Assembly: GCA_002269645.1 (NCBI GenBank)
Contig: NIVC01003885.1
Coordinates: 1 to 64,000 of the forward strand
DNA: 64,000 nucleotides
Direction: 5' to 3'
DNA from: Macrostomum lignano
Lineage: Eukaryota
The notes below the pieces were generated by a model, which saw nothing but the letters and a program-made list of their open reading frames with translations, ran no database searches and was not told the origin of the DNA. A program made the translations under genes and the position numbers. Shown piece after piece: positions 46,941-59,171 of this stretch; positions within the stretch are counted from its first letter, which is position 1; the number at the start of each line of letters is the position of its first letter.

Positions 46941-48264
46941 CAATTCCATGGGCACATGGGATTCCATAATCTTGCATATCAACAATTATTTGTCAAAATA
47001 GTTCTGAAATGTGTTGAAAATCTGTGTATTAAAACTAATAATTTTACAACTAATGCCTATTTTATATGCTACTTAATCGTATTGCATCACCCTTTGGGGC
47101 CGCCGAGGTTCGCCAGCAGTGAGTGTCTTGACTTGCACAACTATATTTATTAATATTATATTAAATTATATTTTGTGTTCGTTCCGTTTTTTGGCCTTGG
47201 TAAAGATATTTAATTTAAGCAGAGTTTTTAAAAAAAAAGTACATTGTGTCCCGGCTATCCCTTGCAATCAATAAATGCTACTCAAAGCAGGACTCGGCAG
47301 CATTCAGTCGGCTCAGCAGCATTCGGTACGCTCTCTAACTGCTAATTAATTATGTTAATTAATTAATTAAAGCAGCTCTTTCTTGCCACGAGAAGGGTTG
47401 AGACCAAGTGGCCTTGGTTTGCCAACAAAGAAATCTGTCTTTTAAATATCCTTACAATACTACTTAATATATATATCGTTCATTTCTATGTATAAAAGAC
47501 ACACAAACAGCGTAGTGGCTTGTTGATTTCATTTTCTCAATATTCATCATATATATGCATTTGTATTTATTGTCAAAGATTGAAACGCGTAGTGTGACTC
47601 TTTGCACCCAACAAGCTCTCTTTATGTGTTTGTTTACTAATCAGTTTTTTACCAACTTTTTACTGACCGTTGCTACCTGCCTATAATTTTGGTAATACTG
47701 CCTTTGTTGGATTAATTGAATTTGGTCGTGTAACTTTATAATTATTTATCCTAGTGGTACACTGCAGCTCTTGACTTTTGTGAATGATATAACAAGCATT
47801 ATAATTTATTAATTAATCACTACACTGCCGACACACGCCGCACACTTTGCGACTTTGGCCCAGTTAATTACGTACTTAACATAATCGGATTAGAACTAAG
47901 TGTTTTTAAGTGTGCGCTTCAAGTAGTTCTTTTATTGTGTGTGCTTGCGCGTATGGTCTTCCCAAACCACCAACTCCCAGGCATTCGCAATATTCCCTCC
48001 GCATATAATTATTCAAATTGTTTGTTATATTTTGCTTTTTCTTTCATTTCTTAAGTGTGTGACACTTAGGTTTTGCTGCAATCTGCTTATCAAATCAGTC
48101 ATCTCCAGGTATTTTTGGCCTCGAGAGACTGACCTGTTTGTTTCCTTCTGTTGAGCCATAGAAATCTATCATCTTGACCCATAGGAAACCTTTGACTTTA
48201 GGTTTAAGACCCTTTTGTAGTCAGTGCTTCTGCTAGTGGGTCAATGTGCTGGGTCAAGATCCCC

Positions 48265-48830
48265 GCTCCTTGACCCTCATTCAGTCAGTGGGTCAGGAAT
48301 CCCCAAACATTGACCCTCATTTAGCCAGTGGGTCAGGAATCCCCACACCTTGACCCTCATTCAGTGGGTCAGGAATCCACACACCCTGACCCTCATTCAG
48401 TCAGTGGGTCAGGAATCCCCACACCTTGACCCTCATTCAGTCAGTGGGTCAGGAATCCACACCATGACCCTCATTCAGTCAGTGGGTCAGGAATCCCCAC
48501 ACCTTGACCCTCATTTAGCCAGTGGGTCAGGAATCCCCACACCTTGACCCTCATTCAGTCAGTGGGTCAGGAATCCCCACACCTTGACCCTCATTCAGTT
48601 AGTGGGCCAGGAATCCCACACCTTGACTTCATTCAACCAGTGGGTCAAGAATCCACACCATTGACCCTCATTCAGTCAGTGGGTCGGGAATCCACACCCT
48701 TGACCCTCATTCAGTCAGTGGGTCAGGAATCCCCACACCTTGACCCTCATTTAGTCAGTGGGTCAGAAATCACCACACCTTGTCCCTCATTTAGCCAGTG
48801 GGTCAGGAATCCCCACACCTTGACCCACCG
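48265..48830. repeat. Minisatellite, ~39-40-bp unit, ~14 copies
   Basis: ttgaccctcattcagtcagtgggtcaggaatccccacacc repeated. Confidence 0.95.
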
Positions 48831-48980
48831 GCAGATAGTTTCACTATGGCGATTCACATCTGCTCAACTCTCTGTCCTCAATCGTCTGCTCTCCGGCCAC
48901 TCTCACAATCTTAAATCCTCCCACCTGCTCCCTGTCAACTCGCCCAGTCATTAATCTGATTTCCCACTTGACTCCGTCAG

Positions 48981-49404
48981 CTGCTCAGGCGAGCTTTTGT
49001 CAAGCGCCGACGCCGTGCGTGGCTACCTCAGCCGCCCCGATGCCTGCCTGTGCGCCCTGCCGCTGGCCTGCGACCTTCGTCAACGACGTTCTCGACAGCG
49101 ACGTCGACAGGCCGACGAGCAGCAAGACGGCGGCGCCGAGACTTCAACGGTAGAGGACGCGGCCGAAGACTCCGATGAAGCAGTTACGCTGCCAGAGGAT
49201 TCCGCCGAAGCTCTGGAAGCCGCCAGACGGCTGTTCAACTTCCGGCCAGACAGTCCCGCTCTGTGGCCGCCGCCGCTGCCAGCTGAGGAGCAGCAGAGGC
49301 TGGAGACTTGCCGGAGCGCCAAGCGGCTGGAGTTGAAGCGGGCAGCGGACTCGGCTGTCGCGGCTGAGGATGAAGAGGCGGCGAAGAAATCAAAGGAGGC
49401 TGAG
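48981..49404 (+). CDS. MBD5: MBD5/MBD6-like protein, exon 2 (rest of the MBD with insertion)
   Basis: (S)CSGELLSSADAVRGYLSRPDACLCALPLACDL...RRLFNFRP; phase 2 to 0. Confidence 0.75.
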
Positions 49405-49440
49405 GTGGGTCATCTCTGACAAGTATTTACTAGTGTAGGG

Positions 49441-49637
49441 CAGGGGTCGGAAAAGTTTTTAATCTCGAGGGAGGAGAAAGAGAGAGGAGAGAAGAGGAGA
49501 GGAGGGGAGAAATGAGAGAGAGGAGAAGAGAAGAATGGAGAGGAGAGGAGAAGAGAGGTGATAAGGAGAGATGCGAGAAAGAAGAGAAAAAGCTGAGAAA
49601 AGCGGGCCGGATAGAGGAGAGTCTTTGCCTTCCCCTG
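49441..49637 (-). mobile_element. hAT-like MITE with AG-rich core (inverted copy of the 533/31915 family)
   Basis: caggggtcggaaaagttttt ... ctttgccttcccctg. Confidence 0.6.
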
Positions 49638-49753
49638 ATATCGGGGGGGGGGGGGCACTAATAGACACGCTCATACGCTGGGGTACACTGTGTGCGGAGG
49701 TTCGTGTTGAGCAAGAGTCGAACAATTAGCATCTGTGTTCCATTCCTTTTCAG

Positions 49754-50272
49754 ACAGCCGAACCAGACCCCAGCGACGCGGCGCAGGATCTGTCATCTGG
49801 GGCAGCTGCTGCTGGGTCATGCCAAGCAGAATCCGGTGCTGCAGCAGAAGAGAAGCTCAACGAAGAAGAACCGGATGACCTTGAAGCCAGCGCCGAGAGC
49901 GTCAATGTGATCGCCCCGCGCCGGGTTGCCACTCCGGAGTCCCGCCTGCTCGTAGCTGGCAGCTCCGTCACCTGGGTGTCCGGCCCCCTAGCAACGCAGA
50001 CCGCTCCCGTGCAGGCCTGGGCCGGCTCTGCTAGCCGGCATCGCCACGCTTCCAACGGCTGTTTTCCTGGCGCCCCGTCGATGCCGCTGCAGCAGCCGCC
50101 GCTGGGACGTCAGCGAGCTCCGTCCGCTCCGGATGGTCGGCCAACGCAACTCGCCGTTGTGATGTCGCCAAAATCGCTGATGAGCAGGGAATTCCTGCCT
50201 GCTGCAGTCGCCCTGCCAGAGGCTGCGGCTGATGGAGCGCAGCTGGGACCGGATGGGGATGCAAATCCCTGA
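49754..50272 (+). CDS. MBD5/MBD6-like protein, exon 3 (low complexity; apparent stop)
   Basis: cctttttcag-type acceptor (cattccttttcag), phase 0, open for 173 codons; total model 602 aa. Confidence 0.65.
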   Translation, partial: TAEPDPSDAAQDLSSGAAAAGSCQAESGAAAEEKLNEEEPDDLEASAESVNVIAPRRVATPESRLLVAGSSVTWVSGPLATQTAPVQAWAGSASRHRHASNGCFPGAPSMPLQQPPLGRQRAPSAPDGRPTQLAVVMSPKSLMSREFLPAAVALPEAAADGAQLGPDGDANP

Positions 50273-50316
50273 CTGACTGGCCTGCGGTGAGTGCTGGGGC
50301 TGACAGACTGACAGAC

Positions 50317-50351
<35 letters not shown>

Positions 50352-50864
50352 GCTAAAAGTCTAACAAACCGTTCCCTTCGTAGTGAAATTATTGTATTTT
50401 TCATTATTCAACCTACACTACTCGTGTCAGTAGAAATGTAGAAATATCGCTATTTATTTTCAGAATGGCAGCTTGGCGACCTAATGAATTGGGTTGAGAA
50501 AGATTAGAAATTTAACTGCCTCTGGCGAGTTTTCCGTGTGCGAATTCTCCCCCTGACCTACAAAAGTCCGACTCGGCCTCTGCTGCACTCACTTCCTCAT
50601 TTTAATTCCCGTTTAGACTAAATGCTTCATATTATAGTTTGTTATTGCGTTTCGAAATTTTCTGAAAGCTTTTTGTATCCTCTATATATATATATATAAT
50701 GTAAACATGTGTAATGCTGTAAGCCTAACGGAACTTAATACGCTATTCCAATCACATGCATACAGGTAGTTTTTTGCTTTGTCTAATCTGTTCTATCTAT
50801 AAAAAATAGACATATTTATTATATATTATGTGTTATCATAAAAGGAATAAACTTTGACTGCAAC

Positions 50865-51452
50865 TAAGACAGACAGACAGACAGACAGCAAGACCAACTT
50901 TAAGAAGGACACTGAAACAGACACTGAGACAGACACTGAGATAGACACTGAGACAGACACTGAGACAGACACTGAGACAGACACTAAGACAGACACTGAG
51001 ACAGACACTGAGACAGACACTGAGACAGACACTGAGACAGACACTGAGATAGACACTGAGACAGACACTGAGACAGACACTGAGACAGACACTAAGACAG
51101 ACACTAAAACAGACACTGAGACAGACACTGAGACAGACACTAAAACAGACACTGAGACAGACACTGAGACAGACACTAAAACAGACACTAAAACAGACAC
51201 TGAGACAGACACTGAGACAGACACTAAGACAGACACTAAAACAGACACTGAGACAGACACTAAAACAGACACTGAGACAGACACTGAGACAGACACTAAA
51301 ACAGACACTGAGACAGGCTCTAAGACAGACACTGAGACAGGCTTTAAGACAGACACTGAGACAGGCTCTAAGACAGACACTGAGACAGGCTCTAAGACAG
51401 ACACTGAGACAGGCTCTAAGACAGACACTGAGACAGGCTTTAAGACAGACAC
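50865..51452. repeat. 12-bp tandem repeat ACAGACACTGAG, ~45 copies
   Basis: Direct reading; source of the spurious TETD and SVSV ORFs. Confidence 0.95.
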
Positions 51453-54400
51453 AAGTCTTCAAGAGTAGAATGTTAGGTAATTCTGCATCTCAATGTTTTG
51501 TCTATTCTCTGAAAAAAATGTTCTTATGTATAATAAAATAATAATCAGTTTAACTTGTTTTGTAGTAAAGTGCATGGTTGAAAATCAAAGCATATTTATC
51601 ATTGTCATTTGCTAAAATCGGCCTCACTTCAGTGCCATAGTTTGTGTTATAAAATAATACGCCATATGAATAACATTTTCTAGCAGCACTACTGCTCACT
51701 GATGTATTTGGCTTTTTTCATCTCGACCGGCCTTACCGTGAAAATGCGTTAATTAAACAAAATTACTAATAGTACGTCAAATTGACTTTTTTATTGTTGC
51801 AGAATCTGATTTTGATTTGCTTTTTTGTCTCGTCCTTTCAGTTTTTTCTTCCTCTCTTTCTCTCTCACGTCTCCGTTTCCTGTTATTTTTCCATTGCTTG
51901 TGGAAAAATAATAAATTTTGCACAAACTTTAATTACACCATGTAGTTGTGCGCGCTGTTGTTTTTACTTTCACGTGCGGTTTTTTTTCGATTGTCTGGAT
52001 GGAGAAGAAATGATTGATTAATTTAAACAATTTAATAAAATGTAAGTTGTTACAAATTGTTAATAATTTGTAATGTCATTTTATAGGCACGATGGAATTT
52101 ATTATATCTGCAAAAAAATCAAAGCGATTATATATGTTCAATGTTCTTTTTTGTTGTTTTTTGTGTGAAAATTGCAATACGTGTGCATTTTTGCTTGGGT
52201 TAACTGTCTTTAGATAGCGAAAAAGTTATAGTAATTATCAACTCGTTATGTAGCTTGTAAATTTAAATTAACGATTTCTATAACAAAAATTTTCCGCGTT
52301 ATCTTGTTGTTTGAGTTTGTCTGTTCTCATCTCTGAATTGTTTATTCAATATTGTCTCAAATTGATTGAATTTTCGGTTATTGCAGACAGCTTATGCTAG
52401 CCAATGCGACACACAACACACAGAGTGCAGGCGGCGCGTGTGAATTTATGTTTTGTTTGTTTGTTTCTTTTCTTTTTTCTGCTTTCCCTTAAAAATATGG
52501 CGTATTAATATTATATTAGTCTGTGAAAAACTATTATTTAACTACGAGTGGTGTTGCAAAGTTTTTGCACTTTGCGTGTTTCGACACAAATGTCCTACTG
52601 AGGTGACCTTTTAGCCTACAACTCTTGCATATCTGCTCGATTAGATTGTTGAATTGCACAAAGGAACGATTCGAAGTGCTGAGTAAAACTTTTAACAAAA
52701 TTTTATTTGTTTTTAGCACGGGTTTTATAAGAGCTAATTCATTATCCATTCAATAGTGCAGATTTGCAGAGTTTTGGCTAAAGTTTGTCAATTTTCGGGG
52801 AACTTTTGCAACACAACTCGTATCTATATACCTGTATTTGTGTAATCAAATATATATAATTATTACATTAGATCACTTTCACTTCACACACGCAAGCAAA
52901 GCAAAAAAATCAAATTTGATCAATTCGTATTTCTGTCTTTTTGTCGTCTGTGTTTGAATTTTCTGGCATGTAGATGTACATGTACTTGTGTACACTGCCC
53001 CAGCAGTGAGACAACTAAGTGTAGTGTAGTTATCTTAGTTGGGTTCGAATTTCATTGATCTTTAACCTTATTTGGCAGCCGGTGGTGATATAAGCTGGTG
53101 TATGAAAATGCCTTTGGATTGTGGCCAACAGGTGTATGATATGGAAAGTTCACACTAGTCCATAGTCCATTTCATACACCTTACAGTGTACTCGGCATAA
53201 CTTTTTTAGATAAGAACCTCCTACTAAACTGCAACTCGGTCTCTGTATTCAGCTGTATTGCTTGTTTTGTAGGCTTACATGTGTGCGGTACGTGCGCTAG
53301 CAGCTCTCTTTATCTCTGGATTGAGACCCACGAAGCAGAATTTGGTTCAAAGAGTGACAATTTATCACTGAATTTCCTGACTCACTAACAGGTCGAATCC
53401 GTGTTGCTATAGTTAGAGTTTTGGTGCTACTCATGATCCTAGACTTTAGGTGGGAGTCAATGGGGGGTCATGACCTCTCCAGACGGCCCACCATTAAAAT
53501 TTTCAATCTTCATTTTTTACAATTATCAGAGTTATGATATTTAGTAGTAAGGTAAATATGCGGTAGGAATAGACCTAAAATCTAAAGTCCCTCTTGTGTC
53601 GCCAAAATTTACACCAAGTAGCTTCAAGTTCCCCCAACAGCTGCGAAAGCAAAAGCAGAGCTCAAGTGTGCTGCTTTACTCCAACTGAAAGAATGTTGGC
53701 AAGAATATACTACTCACTTTGACTTACTAAACCAAGCCACTAATAGAGAACCAACGGTCCAGATTATTAGGCAGCAAAACCTCTTTGTTACATCGCTTAA
53801 CTAAGCCAGTAAGACTTAAGGGGTTGGGCCCTGGAGGTGGAGGTTGCAGATTTGTTTGTTAAAGAACGTATCGATTCAATATAGTGAAAGAATAAATGGG
53901 GCTATCCAGGCCTTTTAACGAGGGGCCCGTGTGGGCTTGCTGACTAACGCAAGACTAACACATTCGCAAATTACAAAAGCGAATGCCTTATACTACTACT
54001 GAAATGCAAACGTTTTTAATGTACCCAATTGAATGGAAAGGACAATTGAAGGTCGATTTGTTTAGTATATATTTAACGTGTATATTCAGGTTTCCGTTCA
54101 TTTAAAGAGAAAAAATATAAGTCAAGTGAAAACCAATTCAATTAATTCATCCTTGTTTTCCATGTTAGGTCTCCATAAATGGCACTACTTTGTCATGGAA
54201 ATTCTAATATATTCTACGTAATGCATACAGATAAAACTAAAGATTCTTTATATTCTCTAGCTTTTGAATTTCTACTTTACATTCTTAAATACTTAACCAT
54301 CAATGTCCATCATACTCAACTGTTCAGTCTGTTCTTTCTGTTTCTTTTTCTATATGCGGTTAGGTTTTAAATACAACTTCATACATGCAGCTACACGCAC

Positions 54401-54723
54401 TATACTACTGAACCAAATTCACGCCACTGATATTCTTGCACACGCGTAGTATATAATAAAATCGGAGGGAAAAAGCGTCAAAAAATTCTCCGTTTCATCG
54501 CCAGTCAGAAATTCTGTCAGCGCCCGTGTGCAACGAAGACCACTCTACGAATTAAATTTTGACCGACGTCTGGAATCATCTCAGCCTTTATTCATCAAAT
54601 CAACCGTGTATTTCTGCTATGTAAAGAGATTCGTGGATTTCATGTCCTTTTTGCTATTCTTTGCAACTCTCAACTGGCAGCAACTGCCAACGTTCGACAC
54701 TGGGAGGTTGCGGAAAGTACATT

Positions 54724-54876
54724 ATGAGCAAAGTCTCGTTTCGAGCCAGAGCTTTAGACTCCAATCGACCTCTGCAACTGCATTTTGACCATGAAATCCC
54801 AGATCTCTCCGACTATGCATCAATCAGCCGATCTGTGCCTCTTCTGCCTTCTGGCATGGAGAAGGACGAAGAAACG
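54724..54876 (+). CDS. EPC1: Enhancer of polycomb homolog, exon 1
   Basis: MSKVSFRARALDSNRPLQLHFDHEIPDLSDYASISRSVPLLPSGMEKDEET matches the EPC N-terminus MSKLSFRARALD...MPTGMEKEEES; GT donor, phase 0. Confidence 0.92.
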
Positions 54877-56984
54877 GTACTACTTTGCTTATGTACAATT
54901 CTTATTATTCCATGACTTTTGATGGCATTTTAATATTTATTAGGACTTATTATTAGTTTTGCATGCACCAGCGCGTAATAAGTCCTAATATTTTAATTGG
55001 AAATATACTTAGTCTAAAACAAAGTAGATCCGTCTAAGTCAGACGTGTACATTGTGTTTGTGGCACTTATTTAAAGCAAAATAAAAACGATTTTGATGTT
55101 TGGTGTTCAATAGCTTGCCTGTTTTCTGCATAAGTTCTTGGTGGCTTTGAAGTTTGTCAAAAACATTATTCCTTCAGTGTCCTATAATATTGTGCCTTCT
55201 GCAATTTTTTCTTTTAGATAAAAAATCTATTCACTCAATTGTTATGTCAAATGACCTATAGTTCACTACAGAACTTTTCTCCAATTAAATTTGGTCATTA
55301 CTACATTTAATTCTGTCTAACAGTCTTATACACCTTAGACATTTCTAAAAAAGTTTAAAGGATTTGGTCATGACTAAAAAAATCAGGTATGTTATCATTA
55401 TCGCAATATGATGATATTAATCTATCTTATTTTAAATTAAACTCAAGAGAATTAACAATTAACTTAGTCCTAATAAACTTTAATCATTTTTATTCACTGG
55501 GTGATATATTAGCAGGTACTAGGGGGCCCTATTAGAATAAATGTTGAAAATCTATAGATGCGCGCTTTAGAATAAAGTAAGGTCAAATTATTTTATCTTG
55601 CTTTAGCATTATCAAAGACAGTTTGTAAAAACAATTTATGCAAAATTGTTGATTGCAATCTATCAAAATTAAAATTTGCTAACTTTCTGAAATTGAAATT
55701 TTCCAAAAACAAAATTTAGAAAAATAGTTTAATATGACCAACACTCATATTTTGCTTTTGGTTTGCTTATGCAAAACTAAATACATGTATATGTAGTTAG
55801 AAATTAGTTTATTTTTAGCTACTTTTTTAAACACTTCCAAAATTTTGATTTCTAAATTTTTCAAAATCAAAATTTTTTCTTTATAATTCTAAACTTTAGA
55901 AAATCAAAATTTTGGAACAACTCTAAGCATTATAAATGATGAGTGTATTAGGCCCTTTTCCATGTATATTTATTTGTTGGAGTAGCAGCCAGTAGAAAAA
56001 GGGCAGTGTGCGCGTGCAAGTGCTGCGTACTTGTATGTATTGCATTTAAAAAAATTTCAAAAGAATGCCAAATGCTGTCTGCAGTTTTACAACTTTATCT
56101 TATAGGGCTAGGGGGAGGGAGGCTAATGATAATGTTATTAGTTATATTCTAAAAATGCGATATAATTCAAAGTAAAATATAGCCAATAATATTTAGCTTT
56201 AAAGCAAGTCTAACTAAATAGTTGGTTGGCTCTAATAATAGGGGCCTAGCCTGTCATTATTTGTGATATTAATAGATTAAAAAATAAAGTATAACTATAA
56301 CATTGATTTACAAAGAACAGTTTATTTTCATCTAAATAGACATAATCATTGAATAAGCTACATTGTTTTGTTTTAACAATGTTAACTTTTTTATAATTAT
56401 GTTACCATTGCCATGATAAAGATATTATCTATATAGTGCCATACTAATAATTGGTTTGTTTATTCTTTTTGTAGCAACCTAGGCCATGTAATAAAAGAAA
56501 CTGGTTCCCAACCAATTGGTTTTTTAATTAATATTAATGCCTTATTAGAGCCATAGTTAGAAAGATAGCTTTTTACTGAAAATAACAAGCAAATTTAGCC
56601 TGGGTCAGAGCAAATTTAGGCAAAGTAAAGGTAGGTTCAAGGAAAATTGGGACAAGGTAATAGCAGTTACGGTTAGGTTAGAGACCAAGTGTGATTAAGA
56701 GCAACAAAGTAGTTGACTGGTTTCTTAAGCTAAGCCATGTTCCTCATTTGTTAGCCAATATTGCTATGTGTATCTAGATAAAAATTATTGAATGACTGAA
56801 TTGAATAGACTTTAAAATCTTTAAAATACCAACAAATTAACTAAAGATCTTAGTACTAATCAAGATAATTATGCTTATGCTCTAGCATATTGACTTAAAA
56901 AATCATATCTTAAAATTAGACCTTTGATGCAAGTGCAAGTACTAGCAAAAACCTAGGCTAGGTTTTTTATGCAATAATAAATAG

Positions 56985-57120
56985 GAGGCTATAGCCTAGT
57001 AGTATTCTGTAGTACTCTTATATCCTAGCAGGCTAGACCCAAATCCAAGTGCAATAGCATTAATTTGAAACTAAATTTGAGTCTTGGCTTAGGTCTGCTT
57101 ATACAATTAATGCTATTGAT
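56985..57120 (+). mobile_element. Second SINE family, degenerate copy C (EPC intron)
   Basis: ggaggctatagcctagtagta...tccaagtgcaatagcattaatttg...tcttggcttaggtctgct matches copy B. Confidence 0.5.
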
Positions 57121-57669
57121 ACTTAAAAGCCAACCACAAAAAGACGAAAAGATATTGTAGCTGCTGCCTAGTTACCTAGTTAAGGTGGCTCTATATTTCT
57201 ATGAGAGCATACATGTGCAACCTTGGGATTCACTTGGCCTTTTCTATTGGCAACACATACATGTAAGTCACTATTGGCTGAAAGCAGTCATGTGACTACT
57301 ATTGTCCAATAGCAACTTACATGTATGTGCCTATGTTTGACTGTATATGTATAATGGGATTGGAAGAATGGGCAGAGTGCACCAGAGTGCACACAGCTCC
57401 CCACCTCTGATAAAAAATCGATTGCCTTATAGATAGATTTCCAGATCAAAACTGGGATTTATTTGATCTTGAAGATTAGATGCTACTATAAAATAACTTT
57501 CAAGAATCTAAGTTGTAACATAAATAAGACATGTTGGAAATTTCATATTCACCAATCAGAAATGATTGCAATATTTAACAGTTAATCAAAATCAAAAGTA
57601 CTTGAAAAGCTTTCATCCCTTGTGCCTGTCTCAGCGTCAACTCACCTTACCCAACTTTCACCCGAACAG

Positions 57670-59171
57670 GAACACCATCTTCAAGAGGCACTGTTCGCCA
57701 GCAGCAGTTCAAGTCAACAGATCTTCACGCCATCCCCATACCCGAGATTGACGAGAATGCCAACAAGTTTAAGAGTTTGTACCACGCACTGTGCCGCGAG
57801 GGCACATTCCGCATGCCTAAGCAGTACATCCGCGTGCAGGCGTTCTCCTTGGATCACGGCGATAATGAAACACCAGATTACGATCTGGACAGCGAGGACG
57901 AGGCCTGGCTATCAGCCTCGAAGCTCAGCTTGCCACCAATCGATCTGGAACGAATGCTGGAACAGTTGGAACGGTACAGCGATCACACTGTTGTCAGCTT
58001 GAATGAGGCCAAGGCTCTGTTGAAAAAAGATGACGGATTAACTACAGCCGTGTACGATTATTGGCTAGCTAAGCGGCTTAAGCACGGCCAACGGTTGAGT
58101 CTGGCTATCAAAGCCGATCGGAGAGACGGCTCGTCGAACAATGACCCGTATGTGGCGTTCCGGCGCCGTACAGAGAAGATGCAGACTAGAAAGCACAGGA
58201 AAAATGACGAGGCCAGCTATGAGAAGATGCTGCGCCTTCGCCGCGACATGGACCGGGCCTGTTCCCTCATTGAACTGCTGGTCAGGCGCGAGGAGACCAA
58301 ATCCGCTCTGTTAGACACCGAACTGCGCGTCTTCCAACGTCGCTGGTCGGCTCGCGATTTTGACGCCAGCCAGCTGCAGGCTGCCGCCGTTGCTGCCGCG
58401 GCCGCTGCTGCCGCTAAAAAGTCTGCAGCAGCAGCATCAGCAGCGGCCGCTTCCTCATCCTGGCAGCAGCAGCATCAATTGAATCACCATCAGCAACAGC
58501 ATCAACAGTCAGCGGCGCATCAACGCGGCTCCACAGCCAAGCGGGCGAGGAGGCGGCCGCCACCGTTGCCAACTCCGCCCGAAGTTGCAGCCGCTGAAGC
58601 CGCCGCCGCCGCCGCCGCTCCTCCCTTGTTTGTCGACGATGATTCTTTACTGCCTGGCGGTGACAACGGCGGTCGATTTGTCTGGTGCAGGCGTCGGGTT
58701 GGCGCGGTGTACGCGCCAGCCAAGCCGTTGACCGACGCTGAAGACTCTGCAGCGTTGCCACCGTCGGGAACTCAGCCCAGATCGGCTTTCGCTGGCGTCT
58801 ACGGACGCCGAATGTTCAGCCTGACCCGACTGCCCTGCGTTGTTGGCTCCGAGTCGTCAACAGCATCTGCATCCTCCTGTCATCTGTCTTCCTCGGCCGG
58901 CTCGCGTCATTGCCGACCCTTAGCGGCCTATGTCGGTTTGCGGCTGGGCCGCGGCGGGCGCCTGCTGATTGACAGGCTGTCCGGGCCGCCAGGTGTGGAC
59001 GCCTACCTGTCCGGCTGGGAGGCCCGTCAGTCTGGCCTTGAGCTGCCAGACGCTCCGCCAGCCACCGTGTGCGCCCACTCTGGCGAACTGGTGGAAGAAG
59101 ATCCTTTGTTCGATCTGCGACTGCCAGCCTACGAGCTGGCCGCCACCTCAAACAATGGCACTGTTGGATAA
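57670..59171 (+). CDS. EPC1: Enhancer of polycomb homolog, exon 2 (1-nt frameshift near 57698)
   Basis: EHHLQEAL, then in a shifted frame QQQFKSTDLHAIPIPE...FRMPKQYIRVQ...PDYDLDSEDEAWL...DPYVAFRRRTEKMQTRKHRKNDEASYEKML (EPcA domain). Confidence 0.92.

Noticed and set aside
48265-48830. Regular ~40-bp repeats with an internal tgaccc/gggtca palindrome, resembling a CRISPR array
   Set aside because: Units are head-to-tail with no unique spacers, there are no cas genes, and the context is a eukaryotic intron. The same applies to the other 20-45-bp arrays.
44468-50205. CTGATGA motifs followed by short stems (~44468 and ~50176), resembling hammerhead ribozymes
   Set aside because: The conserved GAAA after stem II and the stems I/III are absent, and both lie in coding exons.
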